From NCBI GenBank assembly GCA_028534125.1, contig CM052816.1, positions 101,308,001 through 101,372,000 of the forward strand: a stretch of 64,000 bases of DNA. The letters are read 5' to 3'. This stretch comes from Lama glama (lineage: Eukaryota). Shown one piece after another: positions 25,901 through 52,014 of the stretch. The notes below the pieces were generated by a model, which saw only the letters and a program-made list of their open reading frames with translations, did no database searches and was not told the DNA's origin. Made by a program: the position numbers and the translations under genes. Within the stretch, counting starts at the first letter, position 1. Every line of letters begins with the position of its first letter.

Positions 25901-28900
25901 AGATGGAGCCCTTGGCTGGGGTTGCCACTGGAAGTCTTAATTCAGGGAGAGCAGCCACCCTGTCCCTCACCCTCTGGTCACCAGGCACACGATGGCTGTG
26001 AGGCCCCAGGTGCCGCTCTGTGAAAGAATGGAGTGACTGGGGCCCTGGGTCCCACAGTGAATGAACGGACAGCAAACGGTGACGAGGCCCCGTCGCCCTG
26101 CCCGGGAGTGTACCTGTGCGGTTGAGGTCCAGTGGGCAGGCGCTCCAGGGCAGCGGGTGCTGGAAGGAGTTGAGGAGGTACCAGAGCACCCACGTCAGGA
26201 TGGTGTTGTAGTACAGGCTGACCAGGAAGGACACAGTGAGGCAGCCCAGCCCTGCAGGCCCGCCACAGTCAGCGCTTCCCTCCCGGGGAAGCACCGTCCT
26301 CACGCTCACCGCAAGGGGCTCCCGCTGCCCACCCACTGGTCTACATCTGGCCGCACCCCTCCACCAGCGACCCATCATTTCCCTGGCCATGCGGTGTCTT
26401 TTCAGCCAGGTCTCAGCCAGGCCACAGCTGGGCCAGAGCTGGCCTCTGCACCAGCCATCTAGGCTGTTTCCGGGGTTATCAGATGGCCTGCAGCCACCTG
26501 GGTGTGTGACAGGCCTGGACGGTGACACTCAGACCCCCTTACAGCAGCTCCCACCTCAAGGGCACGTGGGGAGTGGGGTCTGCCCTCTGTCCCCCTGCCA
26601 TGACCTCCCAGGACACGTGGGCTCAGCACCGCAGGGGGACGGGCTGGGCAATTCGGCACAGCCCACTGCCTCTGCCTCCTGTGCCCTGAGCTCAGCGGCA
26701 GCGCCCTGCTCCCAAGTCTCCCCACCCCCGGGGCCCGTGCGCCTGTCCATCCAGGCTCCTCCTGCGTCTGCGGGCTCTAAACCACAGGAGGTGCACTGTC
26801 GTGGCAAGCGCACATGTCACACGTAAATGCAGCCCCACCCCCAGGAGCTGCGGGTGGGGCCAGAGGGAGGCGCGTACCTACTCCGCCCAGGTAGGGCGAG
26901 ATGGCCATCCACACCCCGATGCTGCCCCTGCGCAGGCGCTGGCCGATGGCGAGCTCGATGTGGAAGAGCGGGATGCCCTCGAAGACCAGGGCAATGAGGT
27001 AGGGGATGAGGAAGGCCCCTGCAGAGACATGGTGGTCAGCGGGTGACACCCTCTGCCCCGGCCGGCCTCAGGCTGGAGGACGGGGCCGGGGCTGGGGAGA
27101 AGCACCCGTGGCTGCCAGAGACTGGGAGATGTGACCCCAATGTCGGGGCACCCGGTTTTCCGTTGTTTTAGGTGACTTGGCGGCTCCCACCTCCAGTGCT
27201 TTGGTGGCAACTTTCATCCACAGACAGGCGGTGTGGTTCTCACTGAGACCCTGGGACCCCTGGTCCCGGTGCTCCTGGGACGGGGAGCTGGTCTGTTCAT
27301 GGTGGAGAATTGCAGGAAGCAGACAGCCTCTCAAACGTCTCCCCAAGTTGGGGCAGGGAGCCGTCTCTCCACCCCTTCACCCAGTGGGACGCTGGGTGTG
27401 GACACGGCCGTAGTGGGTGAGGGCGTTGCAGTCCCCAGGAGGGAGCATGCGCTGACCGATGGAGGGAATCCAATGGAAGGGCAGGCAGAGACAGCGGCTG
27501 CCTTTCTGCACCGCAAGCCAGTGTGGATGGAGCAGGTGCTGGGAGGTGGCAGGACCTGGCCTCCTCGAGCCCACAGAGCCCGGGCCGCGACCTGGGAGGC
27601 CTGCTGGGCAGAGGCTGGTTCCCGCACTGTCGGGAAGGGAGCTCAGCCCCCAGAGCGGAGCTGGCGGTGTTGGCGTCTCCGTCCGTCCCCAGGGTCCACG
27701 CTGCAATTGGAAATGGAAGTCCTGCCCTCCAGGCACCCTCAGTCCACGTGCTTCAGGCCAAGGCGTGTGGGCACTTAGGTGCTCCAGGCCCGGCAGCTGT
27801 TCCCAACCTACACCCACGTCCGGCGACACCAGGGAGCAGACTTCTAGGCCCCTTGACCGAGGACAGCGGCTGAAGCAGGCGCCATCTCTCCTGTGCTGTC
27901 CATGGGATGCTTGGCTCTCTCTAAGGGCTGTTTCCACAAGCCCCAGGCCCCTGGGATTTCGCCAGCACATCCTCCTGCTGGCTTTCCTGACATTGAGTCG
28001 GGGCCCTGGAGAAAGCAGGTGGCCTTGGGCCCTTGGCCCAGGTCGGCCTCTGCACAGGGCTCCGGGGCCAGTGTCTGGGGCACATGTGCTCGTGGGTGTC
28101 TCTTATACAGCAGCAGAAAAGCAAAGCCATCTTAAAGGACAAACTTGAATTCTGGAGGGTCTCAACTTCGATGGACATGCTGGACACCCAGGGACAGCCA
28201 CCCAGGGAAGGCGGGACACCTGTGGGCTGGGCTTGGAGCTGGAGGAGTGGGAGCCCCTGGGGAGGGGGTCGGCCACAGGCCTGGGGTCCAAGGCCCAGAG
28301 GGAGGAGCCCTCTCCAGCCTGCCCTCTTCCTTCCCACCCACCTCCGTCCTACACTGTGGGGCCTTGTGATCTCCCAGCCGCCCTCGGGCCTCAGGGCGCA
28401 CACCTGCAGCGTGGCGCGGACAGACATGAGATGCCCACACAGGCCTTGTAAGTGCGCGCCCGGCCAGCCTTCAGGCAGGGCCTGAGTCCCAGCATTTGAT
28501 CCAGTGTCTGAAAAGGCTGCAGCCTCCGCGCTGACTGTCCCTTGGCCCCGTGACCCCTGCTCTGAGGGGAAGGCCCCAGGCGGACGGGTCTCAGGCGGGG
28601 GCCAGAGGGGCTGGCTGAGGTCCGTATGGCAGGGACCACCCAGGGGAAAGATCTCGGGGTGGGGAGGGGGTTCTCCTGTGACTGGATCACCATGTCTGGG
28701 GAGAAAAGGATGAGAGGCATTTCTGTGATCACAAGACTGAAGCCTTGGGGAGGAGCGTCCACCCCAAGTGCCGGTTACGTGTTAGCCCAACAGGACAGCC
28801 GTGTGGACACTGGGCTGTTGAGGCGGGGCTCAGAGGACTGTCCCCTCCAGTGTGGGCACCTGCTTCCCTGAGTGGACGTCACACCATAAAGGCGTTTCTG

Positions 28901-31900
28901 CAGGACAAGGAGGAAGGAGGAGCATCGCCCACGGGGTAGGAAGGTCCGTGCACCTCCGAGTGCAGCCCGTCAGGGCAGCTCAGAGCAGGGGTTCACGAGC
29001 ACTCGTGACATTCTGATGAAGCAAGAAATACCCATGTGGTCTTCGCCCTGTCCTGGCTCACAGCTCCTAAAACCCCTGGGATTCCTTGGGTGGTGGGTGA
29101 CAGGAGAACCTCTGTCATTCATAACAAGCCTCTTTCACCTGAACTGGGTTTATGCTAATGAGGTGACTCTGGGGGCTGGTGGCCGGAGGAACTGCCACGT
29201 GATTGGAACTCAGCCCACCCTCTACCGCCAGGGAGCCTGAGTTAATCACCAAGCGGGCGAGTGACTTAATCAGGAATGCCTGTGCAGTGGAGCTTCTGGG
29301 CGGGTGGCCCATGGAGGCACAGGGAGGCGGCAGCCCCGGACCTGGCGGGGGCTCCGTGCCATCCCTGGTCCCCACCCTTCAGTCTCTTCCATTCGGCTGT
29401 TCCTGAGTGTATCCTCTGTAATAAACCTGTAAGTAAGTAAAGTGGTTTCCTGGGTTCTGTGAGCAGTTCTTGCAAATTATTGAAACTGAGGTGGGGGTTG
29501 TGGGACCCCCGAAATTTGTAGCCAAGTTGGACAGAAGTGATGCCCTGAGGACCCGCTACTTGAGATTGGCACCTGGGGGGCAGCCTTGTGGGGCGAGCCC
29601 CTCACCTGTGGGGTCTGTGCTAAATTCAGGGAGTGTCAGGATTGGGCTAGACCCCAGGACCCCCAGGCATGCCCGCCGAGAACCGGAGAGCTGGCTGGTG
29701 CGGGGAGACCCTGGCACGTCGGTGTCACGGCCCTGAGAGCAGAAGGGACACCACAGAGCAGGCAGACGCACGCATCCAACTCGTCCAAGGAGGTCGCTGT
29801 GGACGGCTGGCCGCGGGCCCGGCCTGGAGGCTCTGGGAGAACCCCGCGCCCTCCCAGCAGGAGGGGGGCCGGACGCAACACCCCAGTTCAATCCATGAAG
29901 AAAGGGTCATGGAGAAAAAGGAGCTTCTGGCCAGCATAGCGAGAGCCTGGGGCGCTGAGAAACCGCCCCAGGATCTGAGAGAGCCACGCGAGGACAGGAA
30001 CGAGGGTGGCACTGTCCCGTGGAGGGTGACTCACAACCTCGGGCCTCGCGCTTCCCAAATCGACGAAGACAGTCATCGCCGTGCGGGTGCCACCCAGTCT
30101 TCAGTTCACACGGGGAAGTGCGGACCACGCTGAGAGGAAGAACAGGCCACGAGGACCGGCTCTGCTGGACGCCAGGACTTGTTCTAAAACTGCGGGTGCT
30201 TCACGCTGCGCCGCGTCCTCAGCCCCCCGGGGACACTGACCGTGAAGGAGCGGCATGGAAATCGCAGCCTCCGACAAGTGACCCGCCTGCATGGCTTCCT
30301 GGGCGAGTCCCCCACCACAGCACGCGGCAGGCCCTGCGGTCAGCACCTGAACACACCGGCCCCGGGCTGCTCCCACCCTCTGAACCGAAGGCCCTGCGTG
30401 CATCGTAAAGCAGCCCGCCCCAAGGGCGTCCGTGTGACGGAATCCCGAGCACTTCTGCCTAAACGTTCTGCCAAACCCTTCGCGGTGCTGCCTTCCACTC
30501 ACAAACTGGGATAACCGTGAAGGGAGGGAGACGTGGACCATCAGTGGTGAGTTTGTGCAAATCAGTGTGATGCACCACCTGCCGACCGCCTCCGTCTCGT
30601 CTTCAAAGTCATCGGAGGTGGTCAGAGCGGACAGAAAGGGGCCTCTCACGGTAGGCGAGTTAAAGACACAAATATTTCACGGCATTTGACAGAGACCTTC
30701 CACATCTGGAAACAGAACCTACAGAGGTGTTTCAAAGCCCCCGGGCACGGGAGGTGACGGGGCTGCTCTGGGTACAGGGCCCAGTCACCCTGGTGGCCTC
30801 GCCATCTGGACCTTGGGGTGGGTGGACCGCCTCCAGCCGTAAGGACAAGGATCCAAAAGCGAGTTCCGGGCTCTCGGTTTCCCGCAGGTCTGAGTGGCGG
30901 GTAACGTGACGGTTATCGAAACGTGCAGACGGTGGAACACATGTGCGGAGCGTGGCCGAGGCCCCGTCCTGAGGCATGGGCACAGAGCGCCCCCGGAGCC
31001 CCCGCGCCGGCCGCCTGTGCTTCTGTGCTGTCCAGGAGCCTTCCCGGAGGGCCAACCCGGAGAGCTGGGGCCCGGGCGCCCGCCCTGCCCCAAGCCCGCC
31101 TGGGCTCTGACGCCCCTGGAGCGGCCGCTATGGGCAGCAACTCCGCTGGTTTGTATGCATTTTCAAACTCTCCCACCGGCCCGTATCTTCTTATAATCAG
31201 AAGGAAAGAAGATGTCAGTGAAGCGCTGTCCTCACAACCAGGACGCATGGGGGACAGGGCTTGTGTGCGGTCAGCCCGGAGCGCTAACCCCACCCCACCC
31301 GCCACCCACCCGTCTCCTGAGGAGGGCCGTCTGCCCTTGAACGGGGAAGGATGACCCCCGACCAAAGGCACAGCGTGAGACATCGTCCCCACTCAGCCCT
31401 TGCCGTCTCCTGGGCGAGAGGCCAGCGCCACTGCCCCTGAAGGAGACACTGCCCGAATTTCTGGCAGCGACCCGACTCAGCCAGGAGAGTCAGCCGGCGC
31501 GCTGGGGGCCTGCAGGCCTTGTGCGGGTTAGAAGGGGCCCCGAGCTCAGACCGCAGGGGAGGACGAGCCTGCCTGGAAAGCCCCTGCCCACAGCATCTGG
31601 GGGCAAAATCTCAGCTCCCGAGCACAGCGGCCCGGCAGGCCTGCGGCCCCGTGTCCCCAGGAGCGAGCGTGCCACCAGGAGTGACAGGCTGCTGAGTGAG
31701 AGCAGCTCCAGGCAGAGCTGCGCCTGCACTAACTCGTGGGCTTCTAGGCCAGGGGAGGAGGCTGGGCTCCCCGAAATGACCCTGACCTTCCCTGTGCAGC
31801 CACGGCCCCCTGGGCGGGCTCGCTGTCCAGGGGTGTTTGTTGGCAACGGCGTGGCTACCGCGACGGGGCCGGGCACTAGGACGTGCAGCCTGGGGAGGAG

Positions 31901-32269
31901 CCCAGCAGACCCGAAGCCGCAGTGCATGTGGGGGTCCCCCCATCCCTCAGGCTGGGTGCTGCCGCCTGGGTCTCAGGGGGCAATCCCCCACCCCTGGCCA
32001 GTCTGCATCCCCGACCCCCCGAGGAGCAGCCCGCACTGCCGCCTGGGACAAGGACAGGGTGGGCGTAGAGGGCGAGGACGGGACGGCGCAGGCTCACCTC
32101 CCCCGTAGGTCTGGCACAGGTACGGGAACCTCCAGAGGTTGCCCAGGCCCACGGCAAAGCCCACGCAGCTCAGCAGGTACTGCAGCCTGTTGCCCCACGC
32201 GGGCCGCTCATCCCCGCCACCGTCCCCACTGCTGTCCCCGGGCGGGTCCGGCCCCGTGGCACATGCCAT
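16735..32269 (-). CDS. SLC6A18: Sodium-dependent neutral amino acid transporter B0AT3, complete gene span (12 coding exons, 620 aa)
   Basis: Exons 172+141+138+182+111+113+129+157+205+160+163+192 = 1863 nt, open frame; SLC6 signature [12 protein letters not shown]; lies between TERT and SLC6A19 as in other mammals. Confidence 0.96.
17750..17912 (-). CDS. SLC6A18: SLC6A18 exon 11
   Basis: 163 nt; [26 protein letters not shown]...YKAWNPQY. Confidence 0.95.
18585..18670 (+). repeat. Degenerate ~12-bp tandem repeat (CAGGTGTGAGTG)
   Basis: caggtgtgagtg caggtatgagtc ..gatgtgagtg aaggtgtgagtg tcaggtgtg. Confidence 0.6.
18915..19074 (-). CDS. SLC6A18: SLC6A18 exon 10
   Basis: 160 nt; [34 protein letters not shown]...YVYGMK. 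Confidence 0.95.
19402..19606 (-). CDS. SLC6A18: SLC6A18 exon 9
   Basis: 205 nt; [16 protein letters not shown]...[13 protein letters not shown]...KELLT. Confidence 0.95.
20194..20350 (-). CDS. SLC6A18: SLC6A18 exon 8
   Basis: 157 nt; [21 protein letters not shown]...CRLEDFLEK. Confidence 0.95.
21305..21660 (-). mobile_element. MaLR LTR (MLT1B/C/D-like)
   Basis: aaacaacagga...ggctggaagtccgagacccaggtgtc...cctgcctcttccagc...aggacaccagtcattgga...gacctcatct. Confidence 0.75.
21779..21907 (-). CDS. SLC6A18: SLC6A18 exon 7
   Basis: 129 nt; [42 protein letters not shown]. Confidence 0.95.
22757..22869 (-). CDS. SLC6A18: SLC6A18 exon 6
   Basis: 113 nt; [37 protein letters not shown]. Confidence 0.95.
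23685..23795 (-). CDS. SLC6A18: SLC6A18 exon 5
   Basis: 111 nt; [37 protein letters not shown]. Confidence 0.95.
24590..25320 (+). mobile_element. Ancient L1 fragment including the ORF2 endonuclease start
   Basis: Translation [11 protein letters not shown]...[11 protein letters not shown] parallels L1 EN NVNGLNTPIKR...KKQDPTICCLQ. Confidence 0.65.
25390..25571 (-). CDS. SLC6A18: SLC6A18 exon 4
   Basis: 182 nt; [23 protein letters not shown]...IRGIETTGK. Confidence 0.95.
26114..26251 (-). CDS. SLC6A18: SLC6A18 exon 3
   Basis: 138 nt; [18 protein letters not shown]...[14 protein letters not shown]. Confidence 0.95.
26878..27018 (-). CDS. SLC6A18: SLC6A18 exon 2
   Basis: 141 nt; [29 protein letters not shown]...YLGGV. 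Confidence 0.95.
   Translation of the reverse strand, partial: GPSSSPTSLPWSSRASRSSTSSSPSASACAGAASGCGWPSRPTWAE
29004..29760 (+). mobile_element. MER21-like LTR in SLC6A18 intron 1
   Basis: agctcctaaaacccct...ttatgctaatgaggtgact...ggctgttcctgagtgtatcctctgtaataaacc...ttctgtgagc...gcaaattattgaa, hallmarks of MER21 from recall. Confidence 0.75.
29900..30300 (+). mobile_element. Highly diverged L1 ORF2 fragment
   Basis: gaggaagaacaggccacgaggaccggctctgctggacgccaggacttgttctaaaactgc aligns by eye with L1 aaaaagaagaacaaagttggaggactcacactacctgatttcaagacttactataaagctac. Confidence 0.5.
32098..32269 (-). CDS. SLC6A18: SLC6A18 exon 1 coding part
   Basis: MACATGPDP...[37 protein letters not shown]; donor G|gtgagc. 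Confidence 0.92.
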
Positions 32270-32355
32270 GCCCGCCACACACTCCCGCCGCCCGCCCGGC
32301 CTCTGCTGGGCTTTGGAAGCCGAGTGCGGTCCCCCCGCAGATATGATTCTCATCA

Positions 32356-32392
32356 TTTAAAGGGACGCCCACGGGGCCAGTTAATCGGTAAC
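32356..32392 (-). promoter_or_regulatory. SLC6A18: SLC6A18 core promoter: TATA-like TTTAAA plus HNF1-like site
   Basis: TTTAAA at 32356-32361, ~90 nt before the ATG; GTTAATCGGTAAC at 32380-32392 has 2 mismatches to the HNF1 consensus GTTAATNATTAAC. Confidence 0.6.
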
Positions 32393-32550
32393 GCGGTAAC
32401 GGCCGCAGCGCCTCCCTGACCCGCACCCGTGAGCCCGTCCCACTTCGTGCCCGGAGCAGACAGCCTGCGGGCTGGGGTCACCACCAACAAGAGAACCCCG
32501 AGGACCCCGGGACTGGGCACACGTAGTTGTCTGCATAAAATTGCTTATTT

Positions 32551-32556
32551 TTTAAT
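32551..32556 (-). terminator. SLC6A19: Candidate distal SLC6A19 poly(A) signal (ATTAAA)
   Basis: ATTAAA in an AT-rich patch ~190 nt upstream of the SLC6A18 TATA-like box. Confidence 0.4.
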
Positions 32557-33885
32557 TACCCTTTTGACAGGGAGATAACACGTGGCTGTAGAAATGGTTC
32601 CAAGTGCCCAAGCGTCCAGCCCCGGCAGCGACGCCCTGCAGACACCCCGGCAACGTCACAGCCGACACGTCGGTTGAGGACTCGTCCGTCACCGGGGGTC
32701 CCTCTGTCCTGGTATGGCCACAGCTCCGGCGGCCTCCCTCTGCTCTCTGAAGCTGCGATTTGTCATCTCCAGATCATTTTATAAGCAGACTCACACATGT
32801 GACCCGGGGGTTGGCCGCAGTCTCCGGAGGGTCGGGGTGGGAACCAGCCGCCCCTTGTAGCCCCCAGTGGTGCGCCATGCCTGCCGCTCAGGGACAAGGA
32901 GGGGCCGCGGGGAGTGAGCGGGGCTGGCCATCTGCATGTGGAGGGTGTGGGTGGCGGGTGAATGCCCGGGGGTGACTGCCGGGCCGGTGCCACGTTCATT
33001 TTTAAGCCACATTTGTTTTCCTAAGAGCTTTCCAACCTTCTCAGACTGTCTGAATGTGAACTTTCCATCGGGTTCCAGGTAGTCCTCTTCTGGGGACGCC
33101 CAGGCCAGTTTCAGGAGACGCAGCCCTCACCTCTGCGTCCAACGGCAGCCCAGGGCCCAGGAACCCACGCCAGGCGTGAGCCCACCGGGAGCCTCGGAGG
33201 GGGCGGGCAGAGGGGAGGGTGCTTGTACCCCTGAGGGCCCCCTGTGGGGGGTGGTGACAGCACACAGTGGAGGTCTCAGCCGGACTGAGGGACACACGAG
33301 TCCCCCCAGCTCTGCTAGGAGCACCTCCTTTTGGCTGGAGGGGTGATGAGCTGGCCTCCCCCTGGGGCTCCCTGGACACGCGGGCCCCCCACCCAGCAGA
33401 CGCTTCCATGAGGATGACCCGGCCCTGCACCCACAGTATCACACCCGGTTGCTGCATCTCACAACCGGGCTGCACAGTTCCAGACGTGCGGGTCCTGGAG
33501 CGCAGCCCCAGGGGACACGTTTTTAAACGATTCCTTTTTGGGTGAGAGGGAAGTAAGAAAAGGGAGAATCGGAGAAGAGGGAACAGGAGGGGAGGAGGTG
33601 CTCGGGGGAGGGGAGAGTGGCCCCAGGTCACCTGCACAGGCCTTTCCCCCTGTCCTTTCCTGCTCTCGTCCCCTGCCTCCCCACCCAGGGACCTCACCAG
33701 CAGCCCCTACCTCCTGAGGCCAAGGCCCAACCCCTCCGCACATCATGGGCCCTCGGGCACGGGGGAGGCGCACCTGGGGACGCAGCAAAGCCACAGTCCT
33801 GCGCCGGCCCTTCAGGACTGGGCACGGCCGTCGGCTGTCCTCTGCACTTAGACAACGTTTAGGCTAAGAATATGAAAAGGAGTGA

Positions 33886-33891
33886 TTTATT
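33886..33891 (-). terminator. SLC6A19: Candidate SLC6A19 poly(A) signal (AATAAA)
   Basis: AATAAA on the minus strand, followed by U-rich sequence (ccttttcatattctt...gttgtct). Confidence 0.5.
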
Positions 33892-34531
33892 TAGACACCA
33901 GCACCCACAAAACCCACATTTCTCACAGTCTGCCGAACACCGAGTCTGTGAAAGTAGCCCTCACCGAGTGAGGAGACCGCCAGCCCCACCGGGGCACCCA
34001 CGAGCGTGACTCCCCTCCACGCGCCCAGCTGGGGGGGTGTATGCATGGGGTCCTGACCAGAGTTTCCCCAAGGGAGGGCCAGGATGCCCTGGGGGAGCAG
34101 AGGAGGTGGGACCCCACAGGACACTGGGAAGTCTCTGAGTGCAGGAACGTGGCGCTGCACCTGCCCTCCACATGGGTCCCCTCCCTGAGAACTCTCACAA
34201 GGTCCAGTTTAACTTAAACTTCCAGACTTTTGATGGACAGTGGAGGGGACCACGTGGAACAGACACCCCTGCCCCATGCAGCGTGGGCTGAGATTGGATG
34301 TCACATCCCTCCCTTGATGGGAGGGAGGAGCCAGCGCGGCACCAGATGAGTGGTCTCCGGGCCCTCACGGTCCCTGACTGCTGGGACACACGAGCTGTCC
34401 GCAACCTCGGTGGCCAGGGCCGAGTTACCCTGTAACCCGCCCTTTCCAACAACTGGCTAAATATTTAAACAGTTAATGTTCTCTTAAAAAATGCAAAGGG
34501 GGGTTTCTGCCTTAAATTACCCGAGTTGAGT

Positions 34532-34537
34532 TTTATT
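34532..34537 (-). terminator. SLC6A19: Candidate proximal SLC6A19 poly(A) signal (AATAAA)
   Basis: AATAAA on the minus strand in an AT-rich island ~800 nt after the stop. Confidence 0.4.
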
Positions 34538-34889
34538 TAACTGTTCATCTATCTGTGGCAGCCAGAAACTTTGATTAAGTGGGTCAGCATTCAGCACGCC
34601 AGAATGCGGCCCGGACACGGGACCTCTTCACTGGCCAGCGGACAGGCAGGCCAACAGGATTTCACCAGCTTCTCTCAAGTTCATCAGCCTCTTCCAGATG
34701 GGGCTCGCGAAAGATGCTCCTGGACCCGGGGGAGAAGCCCCGACCACACCACGGGGGCCCTGGGTCGGGAGGTGACAGCAAGGGGAAGAGGCAGGGGCCA
34801 GAGACTCGTCCCAAAGGGGCCGACTCCCCCACCAGTGTCGCTCTGCTCTTCCTCTGAGCGTGTGTGGGGCAGGGCAGGACCTCACAGAG

Positions 34890-35290
34890 TCTGCATGCAC
34901 ACACAGCTTTGCACACATGCACATACACACGTATACACGTGTGCACAGCACAAACACTCACATGCGGATACACTCATGCATCAGCACACGTATATCTGTG
35001 CTCACACACATGCACACACACACATACATGTGCCTACCCACTCACACGTGTGTGCACCCCTACCAGGAGGATCGCTCCTGTCCCTTTTAATGCACACACA
35101 CTTACGTACACCCACACTGCACACATACATACACAGGCCCACACACCCACACATGGCGTACACACCACACTTGTACACTTGCACTGTACACACACACATG
35201 CACACATACATCTCTGGGCATACGCTTGTGCCCATGTCACATGCTCGCAATGTGCACACACTCGCTCACACACGGCACACATGCGTGTGG
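34890..35290. repeat. Degenerate (CA)n/(TG)n tract in the SLC6A19 3' UTR
   Basis: ~400 bp of cacacacatg-type units. Confidence 0.9.
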
Positions 35291-35339
35291 CCCAGCCCCT
35301 CCTCCGACCCCAGCGCCTGCAGGCCGTGGGCTGGGCTGC

Positions 35340-50351
<15,012 letters not shown>

Positions 50352-50427
50352 CGTGGTCGCTGGGTGGGTCCTCGTGGTGTGCAGCCCCGGAGCGAGGGCG
50401 AGTGGCCGCTGGCCAGAGCCCCAGCAC

Positions 50428-50526
50428 TTTATAGGGAACCTTTGGCTCCTCACCCTGAGCACCTGGGCCGAAAGGAAGCGTCAGCAGATCTGGAGGGCGA
50501 GTCCGCCAGACGGTTAATGCCTTATC
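50428..50526 (-). promoter_or_regulatory. SLC6A19: SLC6A19 proximal promoter: TATA, HNF4-like, HNF1 half-site and GATA
   Basis: TATAAA at 50428-50433; GAGCCAAAGGTTC (HNF4/DR1-like) at 50436-50448; GGTTAAT plus GATAAG at 50512-50526. HNF1A and HNF4A are known regulators of SLC6A19. Confidence 0.7.
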
Positions 50527-51761
50527 GGCCGTGGCGCCTGGACCCTCCCCCGAGCAAGCCTGACAGCACAGGTGAGGCTCTCCCACCCCCGCACTCTGGG
50601 AGGAGGGACCTCGTCCCGCCTGGTCCTGCAGGACAGGGGTCTCCCCCAGACCCCCGGAGCCTCTCCCATCAGCCACACCCCCACTTCAGAGGAGGCAGCA
50701 GGCCCTCTCCCAGCCAGCGGGCACTCCCAACCCTGTTCCCTGTCTGGGTCCAGGTACAGAAGCTGGAGCCCGGGGCCCTGGGGGCAGCCCCCGGCCCTGT
50801 TCACACTGACTCGGAGCAGCTGGACCCCTCCCGCCTGAGCTCTGGGCTCTAAACAGCTCCTCAGAGGCAGGGTCCACCAGCATCAGGTACCCAGCGCCGC
50901 TCCAGGGCCCCCGTCCACACGGGTTGTCGTGGGACTCAAAACCATCCCCCTGCTGCCTCTCAGCCCTGCCCTAGGGATTTCTGTCCTTTCTGCGGGAGCA
51001 ACAAGTGAGGCAGCCCCTCGCTGGGCACCAGGACGGCAGTGGGAACCGGGGTCCCTGCCCCCAGGGCAGACCAGTCAGGCCGGGAGACACAGGGAGCCAG
51101 TGGTGCACCCAGAGAATGATGTGGCCTCCACAGGGTGACCGCAGTAGTTGCAGGGGGTGGCCCATTCTGGCCCCTGGGCTGGGGGCGGGCATCCCGGCAG
51201 GGGTCACATCCAAGCCGACACTGAAGGCTGAGTGGGAATTTGGGCACAGCTTCTGATGTAGTGAATGGGAGGGTGTCCCCGTGCCCCTACCCCCAGTCCT
51301 GAGGTCCCTGGTCCCCCAGCCCGCCTGCCCTGAGGTCGGGGCCATACCCGCCCCACCACAGAGACTTTCTTGGGGAATGTCCTTCCCAGCGGCCTCTGTC
51401 CAGCCTCCAGGGTCGACCTTTGGCAGAACCCTCCCTGCCCTCAACCCTGTCCTTCCCAGCCCCGTGGCCTTCCCTGGAGCATGGACTCTGTCTTCCTGCC
51501 TCTGCCCGACTCTGCCAGGCACTGTCTACACCCTCTCCACTCCATGGGACTGGTTCACACTGACATTCGAGGAATAGGCCAGGGAAGGCGGGTGGGGGTC
51601 ACTCGGGGAGCAAGGAGTTCGGGACCCCGACCTTTGCCCACAGAATGGGGGTGTGTGGGGAGGGTGGAGGCCGGAAGAGAGAGATCAGGTGTGCTTTTAG
51701 GGACATCTGGCTTCTGAGACGGGCATGGACTGGAGGGCGGGGCCGGCGGTTGAGGCCCTGT

Positions 51762-52014
51762 GGAGAGAGAGAGAGAGACAGAGAGAGAACCAGAGACAGA
51801 GACGGAGGAAAAGACAGGGACAGAGAGCGACAGAGAGAGAGGGGGTAGAGAGATGGAGGCAGAGACAGAGTCAGAGATGCTGGCAGAAGGTGGGAGGAAG
51901 GGGGAGGAGGGGAGAGGAGGAAAGAGGGCAGGGGAAGGGAGGGGGAGAAAGAGGAGGGGAGGGAAGGGAGGAAGGGAGGGAGGATGGGATAAGGGGCAGG
52001 GAGGGGGAGGGGGG
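51762..52014. repeat. Polypurine (GA)n/GGA-rich tract
   Basis: gagagagagagagacagagag...ggaggaagggagggagg. Confidence 0.9.

Noticed and set aside
32270-32356. 29-aa in-frame N-terminal extension of SLC6A18 (MMRIISAGG...)
   Set aside because: The upstream ATGs abut the TATA-like box and so probably lie upstream of the TSS. The ATG at 32269 matches the recalled orthologous start (MA.A..PDP).
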